64,000 bases of DNA, taken from positions 155,870,001-155,934,000 of the forward strand of contig NC_086097.1 in the NCBI RefSeq assembly GCF_963921235.1, written 5' to 3'. Position numbers and translations under genes: made by a program. Position 1 is the stretch's first letter; each line of letters starts with the position of its first letter. The DNA comes from Mobula hypostoma. Taxonomy: Eukaryota. Positions 1 to 13,059 of the stretch are shown piece after piece. The notes below the pieces were generated by a model. That model searched no databases. It saw only the letters and a program-made list of their open reading frames with translations, and was not told the DNA's origin.

Positions 1-189
1 CTTCCGGTTAAAGTTTTCTTTTGTTCGTTTATTGTTTATCCGTGTTAAATAAATGTTTGGTTGTTTTTATATAACCTGTCTTGATTGAAATTCATTGTTG
101 CCAGTTACATAACAAAGCAACATAATTGCCTTCATTCAAAATTCAAAACTCTAGGTTCTTCAAGCTGTATACTAAACCAAACCACACAA

Positions 190-348
190 AATGTCAGAGG
201 CAAGTTCTTTAGACAGAGAGCAGTGGGTTTGTGTAATGCACCGCCAGGGGTACTGATAGAGGCAAGTACATTAGGGACATCTAAGAGACTTTTCGATAGT
301 CACATGAATGATAGAAAAATGGAGGGCTAGGTAGGATAGAAGAGTTAG
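190..348 (+). mobile_element. CR1 LINE 3' fragment (resumes at ~640-720 after a nested insertion)
   Basis: Translates to NVRGKFFRQRAVGLCNAPPG...LFDSHM, the typical CR1 ORF2 C-terminus; tail gggactgtactatgctatgttctatgttcta at ~690-720. Confidence 0.75.
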
Positions 349-632
349 ATTCAAGGTCGTTTAATGTAATTTCAAAATATTCCAGACAATAAAAGAGACA
401 GAATAATTGTTATTCTGGATTTGCTGCAGCACAAAAAGCACAATAAGATAAGGAGCACAATAATAATAAAAAGACACAATAAATATAATTGTTTATGATA
501 GTTTACATACATAGATTGATTGTATGTCCATAAAGAGACACTAGGTGTAGGAATGTCTGTACATAAGGTGACTGACAGGAAATGATAAAGTAGTGGTGGT
601 GGGGATGTGGAACGGTGGGTTAGTGGGTGGTT
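349..632 (-). mobile_element. LINE 3' UTR fragment (Rex1/Babar-like)
   Basis: Closely similar to 61238-61485 (caataagataa..acaataataa..cataaagagac.cta..gtctgtacataa.gtga...tgacaggaaatgataaagtagtgg); family assignment is by resemblance only. Confidence 0.55.
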
Positions 633-724
633 AATGGGTAAATTGATCTAAAAGTGGGTTAAAAGGTCAACACAACATCTTGAGCTGAAGGGACTGTACT
701 ATGCTATGTTCTATGTTCTACGTT

Positions 725-890
725 CTTACATCACAGAGTGACACAGCACAGAAATAACCTCTCATCCCATCCTGTCCATGCTGACTTATACTAAATCTGT
801 TTACCAGCACTTGAATGGCAGCTCTCCAAGCCTTTCCATGCACATGTTCATCGAGATACTTCTTAAATGTTGTGAGAGTCCCTGCCTCCA
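725..890 (-). mobile_element. CR1 LINE 3' end fragment
   Basis: Minus ORF EAGTLTTFKKYLDEHV matches the CR1 ORF2 C-terminus. Confidence 0.7.
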
Positions 891-1039
891 TAGAAAAGAT
901 GAACATGGCAAGAAACTTCATCATTGACTGGAGCTAGAGAAGCCATAGTGACTGTGTTTGCTGCCATCTTGTTCCTCAAGCAATTTGTTCAATTCTAGGA
1001 AATCTTGTAAGGTCATCAGAGATACTGACACATGTACAA

Positions 1040-1505
1040 ATACTGCTATTGTGCAGAAAAGATTTATAGAATTTACAAAGAGGTCCTGAATTATAGGGAG
1101 GGAATATCTGGGCCAGGCTTTTATTCCTTGAAGGAGAGACATTATATAAATGTGTAAAATTATAAGAATCACAGATAAGATGAATGGTAGCAGTCTTAAC
1201 TCCAGTACAGGCGTCCAAAACTGGAGAGCATTGATTTTGGGCTAAATATTTAAAGGAGAACTGAGGGGGAACATTTTCATACAGAGTACTGTATGTAGAA
1301 CAAACTGTAAAGAATATGATTAAGACAGATACACTAATATAACTAAAGCACTTGGATGGACACATGGAGGGTGGGGCTTACAGGGACATGGACAGAATGC
1401 AGGAAATTGGGATTAGCTGGGTGGTCACCATGGTCACCATGGGACTCATTAAGCCATCGGGCCTTTCCTCATGTTGTATTGCTCTTTGACTCAATGACTC
1501 TACTA
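1040..1505 (+). mobile_element. CR1 LINE 3' end, degenerate
   Basis: gtgcagaaaagatttata...tgtaaaattataagaatcacagataag...ggaacatttt catacagag; tail tgactcaatgactct. Confidence 0.7.
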
Positions 1506-3194
1506 CTCTTTCAATAGACAGAAGAATCAAAAATGAACTTGAATATTTTTTATTAGGAGAAGTTTTTATGATCTGGAAACAGATTCAAAGGTAACTTAGA
1601 AAAGAACAATGAGTATATTTTGAAAACTTAAAACATTGCAGAATTATGTAGACAGGACTATAAAGCTATTTTTAAAAACACTCCAGAAGGATCAGTGGTG
1701 TGCCCATGATATCTGCTCTTTGTTTTGAAAAAAAAACAACAAATTGACCAAGGAGCTACGTGGATCAAGAGAAAAGGAATTGTCAACATTTTGGAATAAG
1801 GTGCTGCATTAGGACTGAGAATAAAAGACAAAGATAGCCAAAGCTTCATGCTCCTGTTACAAAAATCACCCCTTATAGTAATGATCAGTGAGGCACATAG
1901 AATCTGTATTTACTGACAAGTAACTTTTGTTGTCTCAACTAAAAAGCACATGGGTCCACAAACTAACTGCCAGTGTGCACCTTACTAGAATCCCTGATGC
2001 TTCATGAACAGTCAATGAAGAGAAAAGATATTACCTGGGAAAGGAGTCTACACTGGCCAGGTATTCCTTGTGGTCCTGATCTCCACATGTCCAGGGGGTC
2101 CTCCTTATCCATGATGGTTTGTCTCTGGTTGCTGGAGAGTTATCGTCCCCTCCATATTTGGAGTTCCTGACTTTTATCTTGTTTCTCATCAGTTGAACTA
2201 GTAGATCTCCATCCCATTTGCTCAAGGTCACCTGACCTACCTGGGTTACCTTCTTACTGGTCATTGTACCGGGCTGTAACCAATGTTGTTTCATGGTTCT
2301 GCCCACCCCAGCCTTGTGTACTTGTGTCTTTCAACTCTGACAGTTCAAAACCAGTTAAATGAGGTGGCCCATACATAGTCTAAAGAGATTAAAGATTGCT
2401 TCTTTTGTAGGTCTGGCATTTTACATAATAAGTAACTACTCCTCTGAGGATGGTCTCAGGTTCAGCAGGCCATAACTTGAAGCTCCTTGTGTCCACATTC
2501 AATTGCTCTGATTAGATTATCCCAGAGCAAGATTCAGTTCAGAGTCCACAAAATGGGAGTGGGGGGGACAGAGAAACAAAGACAAATGGTTTGTCTTCTT
2601 CCCCTGTTCTTGATTCGTCACTAATTGTAGACTATAGTTTCTTCTGGCCAACACTCCCTTGGAGTGTTGTTCCTGGAAATCACAATGTGCTGCATGCTTT
2701 TCCATCCATTCATGGATAATGAATGCCCAACATTGCACAATTCAAGAACCTGCTCCATTGGTAAGCAGTGGCTCCTAGGATCACCATTCACGTATTAACC
2801 GGGGAATCTAGAACACCACCAAGAGACACCAACATCCAACCAGATATTGACTATCATGCAGAATCAAATCATACTGCCCTAAGCTAGGGTGGGGGGGGAG
2901 GGAGGGTAGTGTTGACTGCACATCAATGGAAAGAAGTGTGATGTGACTTCACATAAACATTCCCAAACCCAACTGCACCCTCTGAATTAACATCAGAGTA
3001 AATTAACTAATGATGATTGCTAGTGCAAGGCCTCCTCAGCTGGAAAGACAAACCAAAACTGCAGGATTGCTGAGTAATTATGGGAAGAGTGTCCACCTGC
3101 AGTGAGGGAATGGATACAGTTGAATAGAGAGGGTATCGGTGACAAGTCAAAGACATTAGCAAAATGTGAGTATAAATTCAAAACAAATTCCTGA

Positions 3195-3385
3195 ATAGAG
3201 AATGAGTTGTACAGCACAGAGACGGGGCCTGCAACTCTACATTACTGTGCTGACCTGTTGTCCATCTGCTTTAATTCCACTTGCCTTCTTCAAGTTTGTA
3301 TCCTTCAATGCCCTCACTATGTAAGTGTTTGTCTAGATGCCTCTTAGGCATTGTGATTGCTCTGATTCCGCACCTCTTCTCACAG
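3195..3385 (-). mobile_element. CR1 LINE 3' end fragment
   Basis: Minus ORF AITMPKRHLDKHLHSEGIEGY. Confidence 0.65.
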
Positions 3386-3759
3386 TGTGTTTTGAAATAA
3401 TTTTTGTAAGCAAAGCAGCTAATATTCTTTGGGCTAATTAATAAATAACAAACTAGTACCTCCAACCACACTAAACTGATGCTCTGGAAAGCAAGGGACG
3501 AAGTGCCATATTTCTATTTTCCTTCAGTATGATTAACAACATTTCATCTTAAACATCCAGAATTGAAGGGAAAGCCATGATATCTCAAGGGACGTTGAGA
3601 AAAAAGCAGAAGCCTTCTTTCACAAAGCATTGATGTTTCTTGTGCTCTGATTACAGTACAAGTGCCAGCAATTTAAGTGTCATTTAAATTAGGATAGATT
3701 TTCCTTTTAATCAACAAAGATTAATCAATTTTCAGTCAAGTAACTATAGAGCAAGAAAG

Positions 3760-4015
3760 CAAGTATTTATACAATACCTTTCAGATAATTTTGCAATAAA
3801 TCATGAACTTTTGAAATGCAGCCAGTATGTGGAACGCTACAAACAATAGCTTTTGTCATGATTCCACAAATGGAAAAGAAATAAGGACCAGATTATCTCT
3901 TGCACAATACCATTTAAGGAATAAATAATTAAAAGCATACTGAAGAGAAATGAAATGTACTAAGACTCAGCCAAGAGATGGCACCTCTGACACTGCAGCA
4001 TTCTTTCAGAGCAGT
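3760..4015 (-). mobile_element. Deu-domain SINE (AmnSINE1/SacSINE1-like), degenerate
   Basis: gagatggcacctctgacactgcagcattctttcag resembles the reverse complement of the Deu-domain core as I recall it. Confidence 0.5.
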
Positions 4016-4500
4016 AAGCACAGGAGTAACAGTATTATGTTGAAGCTGTATAAGACATTGGTTAGGCCGAATTTGGATTATTGTGCGCATTTCTAGTCAC
4101 TTACCTACCGGTAAAATATTAATAAGATCAAAGAGTGCAGAGAATATTTACAAGGATATTGTTGGGACTTCTGAACCTGAATTGGAAGGAAAGGTTGAAG
4201 AGGTTTGGACTTTACTACCTGGAGTGAAGAATGAGAGGAGATTTTTCAGAGGTGTACAAAATTATGAGAGGTATAGATAGGGTAAATACATACAGAGTTT
4301 TTCCACTGAAGTTGGGTGAGACTAGAACTTGAGGTTGTAGGTTTAGGGTGAAAGGTAAAATATTTTTGGGGTACCGTGGAGGAAACCGCTTCACTCAGAA
4401 GGTGGCGAGTGTGTGAAATGAGCTGCCAGCAGAAATGGTGGATGTAGGTTCAATTGCAACATTTAGAGAAACTTGGATAGATAGAAGGTATGGAGATCTA
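4015..4500 (+). mobile_element. CR1 LINE ORF2 3' part
   Basis: Encodes MLKLYKTLVRPNLDYC and downstream CR1 C-terminal motifs with stops and frameshifts. Confidence 0.8.
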
Positions 4501-4544
4501 TTGTCAAGGCTAGTGCAGGATTGTCAAGGCTAGTACCAATTTTG

Positions 4545-5260
4545 GGAGACTACGTGACACTATCTGGGGGACAAAGGAGAATTACTCTGAAAACCAAGCT
4601 GAGAGTCTGTTGCACTGTCACCCTACCCACCCTTCTCCACGCATGTGAAATGTGAGCTGTGTACATGAGACTTGCACGTAGATTGAACGACTACCACTTG
4701 TCATGCCTACGAAAGACTATGATAATCAATCGACAAGACAGGTATGGAAGTGCTGTCTACAGTAGACATGCCCACCATCCACACATTGCTGACGAAACAT
4801 CAAGTCAAATAAGCAGGCCATAAACATCAAGATGTCAGATGATTGCTTCCCCAAGCAGTTGTTTTTCAGGGAACTGTCCACAGGGAAGTGTTCTCATGGT
4901 GGACAGTGAAAACGATTCAAGGACATGCTCAAGACTTTCCTCATGCCCCTTAAAATCAACTACATTTCTTGGGGAACATGCAGCCTTGAATTGTTCATTG
5001 TGGTGCAGCCTTTTCAATAAAGGTGCCACCAAAGCTGAAAAGAATCACACGCTGAAGCAAAAAGGAAAGAACGAGCAGACGAAAGAACAAGCAGAAGGCA
5101 CCTCAACTACAGAGCCTTCACACACTTGTTTCACGTGTAGGAGGTACTTCCTAGCCCGGATTGGAGTCATCAGCCACCTTCAGACACACAAGTAACAAAC
5201 ACACCCACTCAAGGACGTCAGTGGTCCTCATTATTCATGATGGACATGCACACACACCAA
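4545..5260 (+). mobile_element. RTE-clade LINE 3' part
   Basis: LKTKLRVCCTVTLPTLLHACE (RTE KL.VY..VVLP.LLY.CE motif) and C-terminal C2H2-like finger HTCFTCRRYFLARIGVISHLQTHK*. Confidence 0.8.
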
Positions 5261-5274
5261 CATCTACCTCCAAA

Positions 5275-6565
5275 AACTCTCCACCAGCTGTTCTGGCACT
5301 GTAGTTCCCACCCATCCCCCTGCAGATCTAGTTTAAATCCCACCATGCAGCATTAGCAAACCTCCCCATTAGTCCCCCTCCAGTTCAGGTGCAAGCCGTC
5401 CCTTCTGTACAGGTCCCACCTTATCTGGAAGGGAGTCCAATGATATAAAAATCTTATGCCCTTCCTCCTACACCAACTCCTTAGCCATATATTCAATTGT
5501 ATAGTCTTCCTAAGTCTAGCCTCACTAGCAGGTGGCACATGTAGAAATCTCAACCCTGGAGGTCTTGCCCTTCAACTGAGCACCTAACTCCCTGAACTCC
5601 CTTTGCAGAACCTCATCACTCATCCTACCCATGTCATTAGTTCCTACATGGACCACAACTTCTGGCTGTTCACCCTCCCACTTAAGAATTCTAAGGACTC
5701 AATTGGAGATATGCTGGACCCTGGCACTCGGGAGGCAACAGACCATACAGAAATCTTGTTCTCACCTACAGAATCTCCTGTCTATTCCTCTAACTGACTA
5801 ATCCCCTATTATCACAGTGTGCCTCTTCTCCTCCTATCCCTTCTGAGTCACAGAGGCAAACTCAGTGCCAGAGACCTGATCACTGTGACTTTCCTCTGTT
5901 AGGTCATCTCCCCTATGGTATTCAAAGTGATATAGCTGTTGTTGAGGGGTATGGCACAGGCGTACTCTGCATGGGCTCCTTAACCCCTTTCCCCTTCCTG
6001 ATTGTCACCCATTTTCCTGTGTCCTGCACCTTGAGTGTAACTATATGTCCTATCTATCACACCTTCAGCCTCCCAAATGATCAGGAGTTCATCCAGTTCC
6101 AGCTCCAGCTCCTTAAGAAGCTACAGCTGGATGCACTTCTTGCAGTTGTAGTTGTCAGGGACACTGGGGGTCTCCATGCCTTCCCATGTCCTGCAAGAGG
6201 AGCATTGCTCTACCCTGCATGTCATCTCTACCTGGCTGAGCAGATATAAAAAAAGAGAATGATAAACTGGAGCTTTACTTTCCTTTGCTTTCTGTGAGTG
6301 AAGCCTCTCTCTGTGAAAGCCTCAATGAGCTAAAGCCCTAAGATCATCATTCTGACTGGGCCCACTCAGGCAACAGCTGCTGAACTTGCCTCTGCCTTCT
6401 GTTAATTTGCTCTTACTAATTAACCCTAAACGCTGATTGGCTGCTGTTAAAGCTCTATTATACTGCCATGAATTACTGCTGTCTTTTATCCTCAGGCAGT
6501 GGACCTGATTGAAGTCCCTGCTTCTCCAAACTTCCAATGTCCAGATTGGCTCTTGTCAAAGCTCT
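5275..6565 (-). mobile_element. CR1 LINE 5' part (5' UTR plus ORF1 with SGNH esterase domain)
   Basis: LNIWLRSWCRRKGIRFLYHW...LYRRDGLHLN esterase block; colinear with 20440-21826. Confidence 0.85.
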
Positions 6566-7049
6566 ATCTTGGCTTGTTATCAAATATTGTTTGATTATAT
6601 TCCTGTGGTACCTTGTGATATTAATTTTATAAAAAGTGCATAAATTGTTGTTTATGTGTAAAGCACTATAGTTTGGGATTTGGTAGTTAAACTACAGTTA
6701 AACGTGCACTGCTGCGTAGAGGGAGAAGATGATCCAAAACAAAGCACCAATAGTGCCGGAGGAGGCACAAAAGACTGCAGACATTAGAACCTGGGGCAAC
6801 AACCAGTGAGCTGGAGGAACGCAACATCTGTGAGAGGCAAGTAATTATCAATGCATCAGACCCTGCATCAGCCTTCCATTATTGTCAGCACAAGCACATT
6901 TAAAAAGTTGTGCCTGGTTCAGATTTATATATTTTTGGAATAAGTAACTCAGAATTAAAAATACTGTAAATTGTTTGATGATTTATCACAAGTTTCTAAT
7001 TTAATTTTGGTGTACAAGAACATTTAACTGCCCAAAGTTAATTGGAGGG

Positions 7050-7395
7050 GAAACTAGCGGGGAAAACGGCAGAAAAGTGGAGTTTCTGGGGCAATTTGGA
7101 GGATGCAGGATAAATACATCCCAAAAAAAAGTATTCTAAAGGGAGGATGAGGCAACTGTGGCTGACAAGAGAATTCAAAGACACCATAAAAGAAAAAGAA
7201 AGGGCATATAATATAGCAAAAAAAATTCTACAAAGCTAGAAGATTGAGAAGCTTTTTAAAAGCAACAGAAACCAACTGAAAAGCAATAAAGAGAGATAAG
7301 ATGAAATATGAAGGTAAGCTAGACAATAATATAAAAGAGGACAATTTTTTTTCAGATATATAGAAAGAGTAAAGGAGAGCAGAGAATGGATACAG
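7050..7395 (+). mobile_element. CR1 LINE internal ORF2 fragment
   Basis: Homologous to 43420-43700 and (inverted) to 17750-18050. Confidence 0.75.
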
Positions 7396-7426
7396 GAGTT
7401 ACTGCAGTTATTTGTCTCTCCAGGCA

Positions 7427-8975
7427 CAAAGTTTAAAGAAAATGTATTTTCAAAGTACATATATATCACCATATACAACCCTGCGATTTAGTTTCCTGTA
7501 GGCATACTCAGCAAATTTATACAATAGTAACTATAATGGGATCAGTGAAAGATCACCTAGAGCGCAGAAGACAATAAACTGTGCAAATACAAGTATAAAT
7601 GAATAGCAATAAATAATGAGAACATGAGATAATGAGATAAAGTATCGTTAAAGTGAAATCATTGGTTGTGGGGACATCTCAATAGATGGGCAAGTGAGTG
7701 TAGTTATTCCCTTTTTTCAAGAGCCTAATGGATGAGGGGTAGTAACAGTTCTTGAACCTGTGGCTCTTGTACTTTCAACCTGATGGCTGTAGCAAGAAAA
7801 ATGCATGGCCTGGGTAGTGGCGATGTCTGATGATGGATGCTGCTTTCTTACCACAGCGTTTCATGTAGGTGTGCTCAATGGCTGGGAAGGCTTTACCCAT
7901 AATGTACTGGGCCAAATCCATTATCCTTTGTCGAAATTTCTGTTCTAAGGCATTTGTGTTTCCATACCAGACTATGATGCAGTCAGTCAATTCACTTTTC
8001 ACTACATATCTATAGATACTTGTCAAAACTTTAGACGTAAGCGGTAGTGGAGCATGTATCAAGCTTCAAATTCCTTGGTGTCCGCGTTTCTGAGGATCTC
8101 ACCTGGTTCCTGAACTCCTCCATCCTGATCAAAAAGGCGCAACAGTGCCTTTATTTCCTGCGGAGCGTGAAGAAAGCTCACCTCTGTCCCAGGATACTGA
8201 CGGACTTTTACCGCTGTACCATTGAGAGCATACTCACCAACTGCATCTCAGTGTGGTATGGCAATTGTCCCGTATCGGACCGCAAAGCACTCCAGCGTAT
8301 GGTGAAAACTGCCCAGCAGATTATCGGCACCCAATTGCCCACCATTGAGAACATCTACCATAAACGCTGCCTGGGCAGGGCGAAAAGCATTATCAGGGAT
8401 GCATTTTACCCTAACCATAGACTTTTTACTTTCCTCCCATCCGGTAGGCACTACAGGAGCCTCCGCTCCCGCACCAGCAGGCACAGGAAGAGCTTCTTCC
8501 CTGAGGCTGTGACACTGCTGAACCTCTCAGCACAGCGCTAAGCAGTATTGCATCCATATTGTACTGTCTCAGTACTTCTACATTTGTGTGCTGTAGCACT
8601 TTTTTTAAATTCGCAGTTATTTTGTAAATAACACTATTCTTTGCATTTCCGGTCAGATGCTAAATGCATTTCATTGGCTTTGTATCTGTACTTGGCACAA
8701 TGACAATAAAGTTGAATCTAATGTAATCTAATCTAGTCATGCCGAATCTCCACAGACTCCTCAGGAAGTAGAGACACTGCTGTTTTTTTCTTTACAAAGG
8801 TGCTTGTATGCTGGGTCCAGGACAGATCCCCTGAAGTAGTAACACCCAGGAATTTAAAGTTGCTGACCTTCCGTGTCCACCCCCCCACCCCCTCACCCCC
8901 TCACCCCCTGCAAACTATTATCTTCTGATAATAACTGGCTCATGGACCTCTGGTTTCCCTCTCCTGAATCTACAA
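7427..8975 (-). mobile_element. Rex1/Babar LINE 3' end, interrupted by a nested opposite-strand copy
   Basis: Minus ORF LTSIYRYVVKSELTDCIIVWYGN...KAASIIRHRHYPGH; 3' UTR matches 27818-28150; sequence resumes at 8736. Confidence 0.85.
8039..8735 (+). mobile_element. Young 5'-truncated Rex1/Babar LINE
   Basis: Intact ORF 8047-8541 (FKFLGV..SEDLTW...FYRCTIESILTNCISVWYGNC...SFFPEAV), then aataaa and (aatct)n tail. Confidence 0.9.
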
Positions 8976-9794
8976 GAGCAACTTCATTCAATTTATACCA
9001 TGGCTCAATTACATCAAACCAATTAAATTGTTCAAAAAATCTGGATTAAAATAAACATATCTGTAATTCTCCTTTCCTTCATACTATTCCTTTGAGGTTA
9101 TCTTTGAGTAAGCTACTGACTACTTGTTTCTATTGTCCTCTTATGTGGCTTTGATTCAAATTCCATTTGGCAACTCCCCTGTAAATCAATTCAATGTTAA
9201 AATATATTTTAAAATGTTTTGTAAAAGCAGGCTATCAATGTTGTTAATCAGAAATATTGGCAACATTTCAAAATACATTTAGTCCAGTCTTGACTTAGTT
9301 TGAAATTACTCTGTATTACGCACAGGAAAATATTAGTACTCACAATCTCTTGTCTTCCCAGAGAAGTTGTACTTTCCTGACTTTACTTAATTATGTTTGT
9401 GACAGTGAGCTGTTTTCATCTGAGCATTATGTTAAGGAACTACATGATTGATTGTTACTTTGAACAGAACATTTCCCCAGCTGAAGAAATTCTAGAAGTG
9501 ACATGCAATCATAGCCAATTGGCCAAATATAATGTCCCATTTAAACTGAGATATGCTTAGAATTTGTATGATTTACCCTAATGAAGCAGGAAAAAAATTT
9601 TTTAGTCCTTACTTGATGCATTGTACAAGTTCCTACCAGTTTGTTTACACATGAGCTTCAACACTACTATATCCAAGATTCAAAGGCAAATTCTTTGTCT
9701 TTGAATTATTTGAACAATTCTTTCAGACAAAAATCTCTTTGACATACAAATCTCTTCAGAGAACCTCTAAAATGCAAAAAATATCACTGAAAAA

Positions 9795-11615
9795 AGATTA
9801 TAGCTGGAAGCTTAATGTCCAAGGATACACATTGAATCAAAAGAATAGGCAGGAAGGCAGAGAGAGTGGTGTTGCTCTGTTGGTAAAAAAATAAAAACGA
9901 ATCATTAGAAAGAGGTGACATTTATTCAGAAGGTGTTGAATCATTGTGGATAGAGCTAAGGAACTGCAAGCGTAAAAAGACCCTCTTGGGATTTGTATAC
10001 AGACCCCCAAACAGTAGTAAGGATGTGGCCTACCAAACACAACAGCAGATAGAAAATGCATGCCAAAACAGCATTGTTACAATAGTCGTGGGGCACTTCA
10101 ATATGCAGGTAGATTCGGAAAATCAGGTTGGTGCTGGATTATAGGAGGGGGATTTCTAGAGTACCTGTGAGATGGCTTTTAAGAGCAGCTCATGGTTGAG
10201 TCCACTAGAGGATCAGCTATTCTGGATTGATGTTGTGCAATGACCCGGAATAATTAGAGAGCTTAATGTAAAACCCCCATCGGGGTAAGTGATCATAATA
10301 TGATGAAATTCACACTGAAATTTGAGAAGGAGAAGCTGGAATCAGATGTATCAGTATCACAGTGGAGAAAAGGGAATTTCAGAAGCATGAGAGAGGAGAT
10401 GGCCAGAATTGATTGGAAAAGAACACTGGCAGGGAGGATGCAGAGCAGCAATGGCTGGAATTTCTGGAAGCAATTTGGAAGGCACAGGATCTCAGAGGAA
10501 GAAGTATTCAAAAGGAAAGATGATGGAAACATGGCAAACAAGAGAACTCAAAGCCAACATAAAAGCCAAAGAGAGAGCATATAATAGAGCAAAGATTAAT
10601 GGGAAACTTTTAAAAACCAACTAAAAAATTATTAAGAAGGTAAAGATGGAATACAAAAGTAAGCTAGCCAATAATAGTAAAGAGGATGCCAAAAGCTTCT
10701 TCAGGTACATAAAGTGTTAAGGAGAGTTGAGAGTGCATATCGGACCACTGGATAATGATACTGAAGAGGTTGTAATGGGGGACAACAAAATGGCAGAAGA
10801 ACTGAATAAGTATTTTGCATCTGTCTTCATGGCCAAAGATACTAACAACATGGTGGAAGTTCTCAGTGTCGGGGGCATAATGTGTGTGAAGTTACCATAA
10901 CTAGAGAGAGGGTTCTTGAGTAACTGAAAGGTCTGAAGGTAGATAAGTCACCTGGACTAGATTGTGTACATCCCAGTGTACTGAAAGAGATGGCTAGAGA
11001 GATCATGGAGGCATTAGTAATGATCTTTCAAGAATCACTACATTCTGGAATGGTTCCAGAAGACTGGAAAATTGCAACTGTCACTCCACTCTTCCAGAGA
11101 GGAGAGAGGCAGAAGAAAAGAAACTATAGGCCAGTTATTCTGACCTCAGTGGTTGGGAAGATATTGGAGTTGATCATTGAGGATGAGGTCTCAAGGTACT
11201 AGGCGGCACATGATAAAATAGGCCGTCATCAGCATGGTTTCCTCAAGGGAAAATCCTACCTGGCAAATCTGTTGGAATTCTTTGAAGAAATAACGAACAG
11301 GATACACAAAGCAGAATCAGTGAATCTTGTGTACTTGGATTTTCGGAAGGCCTTTGAAAAGCTGCTACACATGAAGCTGCTTAACAAGCTCATGGTATTA
11401 CAGGAAAGATTTGAGCATGAATAAAGCAGTGACTGATTGGCAGGAGGCAAACAGTGGGAATAAAGGTTTTTTTTCTGATGGCTGCCACTGACTAATTGTG
11501 TTCCACAGAGTCTGTGTTGGAAACGATTACTTTTACGTTATATGTTAATGATTTGGATGATGGAATTGATGGCTTTGTTGCAAAGTTAGTAGACAATATG
11601 AAGATAAGGGGCGGG
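9795..11615 (+). mobile_element. CR1 LINE ORF2 (APE endonuclease plus RT), decayed
   Basis: LWIELRNCK..TLLGFVYRPPNS, VVGHFN, VPEDWKIATVTPLF, NYRPVILTSVVGK, VYLDFRKAF. Confidence 0.9.
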
Positions 11616-11619
11616 TAGT

Positions 11620-11890
11620 TCTGAATCCCACCAGGGCATTTGTGGAATTAAAAAATACATAAAATTGAGATTTGTATATGAGAGATGATTTTTGATAAAT
11701 GGTAACCATGGACTGATTACATTGTATTAAAAGCCCACCCAGTTCACTACTGTTCTTCAGGGAGGAAAATTTGCCAAATGACCATTCTGGCTCATAAATG
11801 AACCTCGTCATGCGCTTACCTCTGTTGGAACGCAATAAATGCATTTACCAGAACTGTTATCAGCATCAACATCCTGTGAAGGAATAAATG
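11620..11890 (+). mobile_element. SINE-like repeat (cartilaginous-fish type), 5'-truncated
   Basis: aatcccacc...ggaatt...cccagttcact...cagggaggaaaatttgcc...caataaatgc; a related inverted piece lies at ~54030-54180; recognition from memory. Confidence 0.45.
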
Positions 11891-12094
11891 AGAACAATGG
11901 AAACGTTATTCCTTAGATGTTGAAGTGATTCCCTCCAGCCAGGAAACTACAGGGCAGTGTGTTTGACTTCAGTGATAGGGAAGTTACTGAAGGGATTTCT
12001 TAAGGACTGAGTGCCATCACTTGGATAGTCAATGGCTGATAAGAAGTAGTGATCATTGTTTAATACACAGGATGTCAAGTCTGAAGAATGTTTT

Positions 12095-12440
12095 GTAAAT
12101 TTTCAGAGATAAGTAAGACCATAGAGTAGGTGAAGGTTTGCCAGTGGATGTTGTCGATATGGTCTTTAGTAAGGCCTTAGATAAGGTACCGCATGGCAGA
12201 CTGGTTAGGTTAGGTCGCAAGGGAAGCTACTGAGGTGGATTCAGAAATGGCTCAATGATAGGATGCAGAGGGTGATGGTTGCAGGTCAATTCTCCGACAT
12301 GTGGTCTGTATTTAGTGGGATACCCCAGGGTTATTTATCCAAATGATCTAGATAAAATACATGTGACATGATTAGCAAGTTTTCTGAGTATACCAAATTA
12401 GGGAGTCTGTTTGTTAATGAAGTAGGTTACAATGATGTAT
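12095..12440 (+). mobile_element. CR1 RT fragment
   Basis: VDVVDMVFSKALDKVPHGRLV and SGIPQG motifs. Confidence 0.75.
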
Positions 12441-12528
12441 TGAGGTATTGAGATAGTGAAGTACATATAAAATCAATTTAGATTGGGACAGTTATGGAAG
12501 ATCCAAAACTCAGTTGTCTCTCTTTTAG

Positions 12529-12560
12529 TGAATGTAACTTCCACATTAACTGTCATTCAG
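12529..12560 (+). CDS. Candidate internal exon of unidentified host gene (xECNFHINCHS; phase 2 to 1)
   Basis: Acceptor tgtctctcttttag, donor cag|gtaaaa; a weaker in-frame acceptor would start the exon at 12482 (IGTVMEDPKLSCLSFS...); end phase fits exon 15301. Confidence 0.45.
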
Positions 12561-13059
12561 GTAAAATTATTCAGATTGGTCTGATGTAAATCATTCTACA
12601 TTTACTCCCAATGTAATGGATCAATCAGCATGGCCAGTGCAAACTTTGAAAGCCAGTTATAATATGTAGGAAGATTCATAACCTGTTAAATTAACAGCAG
12701 TTACAATTAGTGGGCTCCACATTATATTACTACCCCCTAGACTATTAAGTACATACTCCCAATCTCTCAGTTTGATCACTATTTGAAACAGTGGATGGAC
12801 GCATGCATTGAGTGTGTATGTTTGTAGAAAATTGCCTGCCAAAAATTAATGGTGTGGCTCACAATGGCTGCTTAAACCATCTATAGAACTAAAGAATATT
12901 AGCCATGGGCAATATAATTATTGGATATGTTCCATCATGTGAAACAGCACTCGTTGCTTAGGTTGTCACACAATCAAGAAATAGCACTTGGAAGTCCAAT
13001 CTTTATCTATCTCCACCTTCCATCAGGAATGTATTGAAGCTTTCCGTTTCTTTCTGCTG

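Noticed and set aside
9614..9766. Minus-strand segment with good acceptor and gtaagg donor
   Set aside because: Stops in all three frames; a non-coding exon cannot be supported from sequence alone
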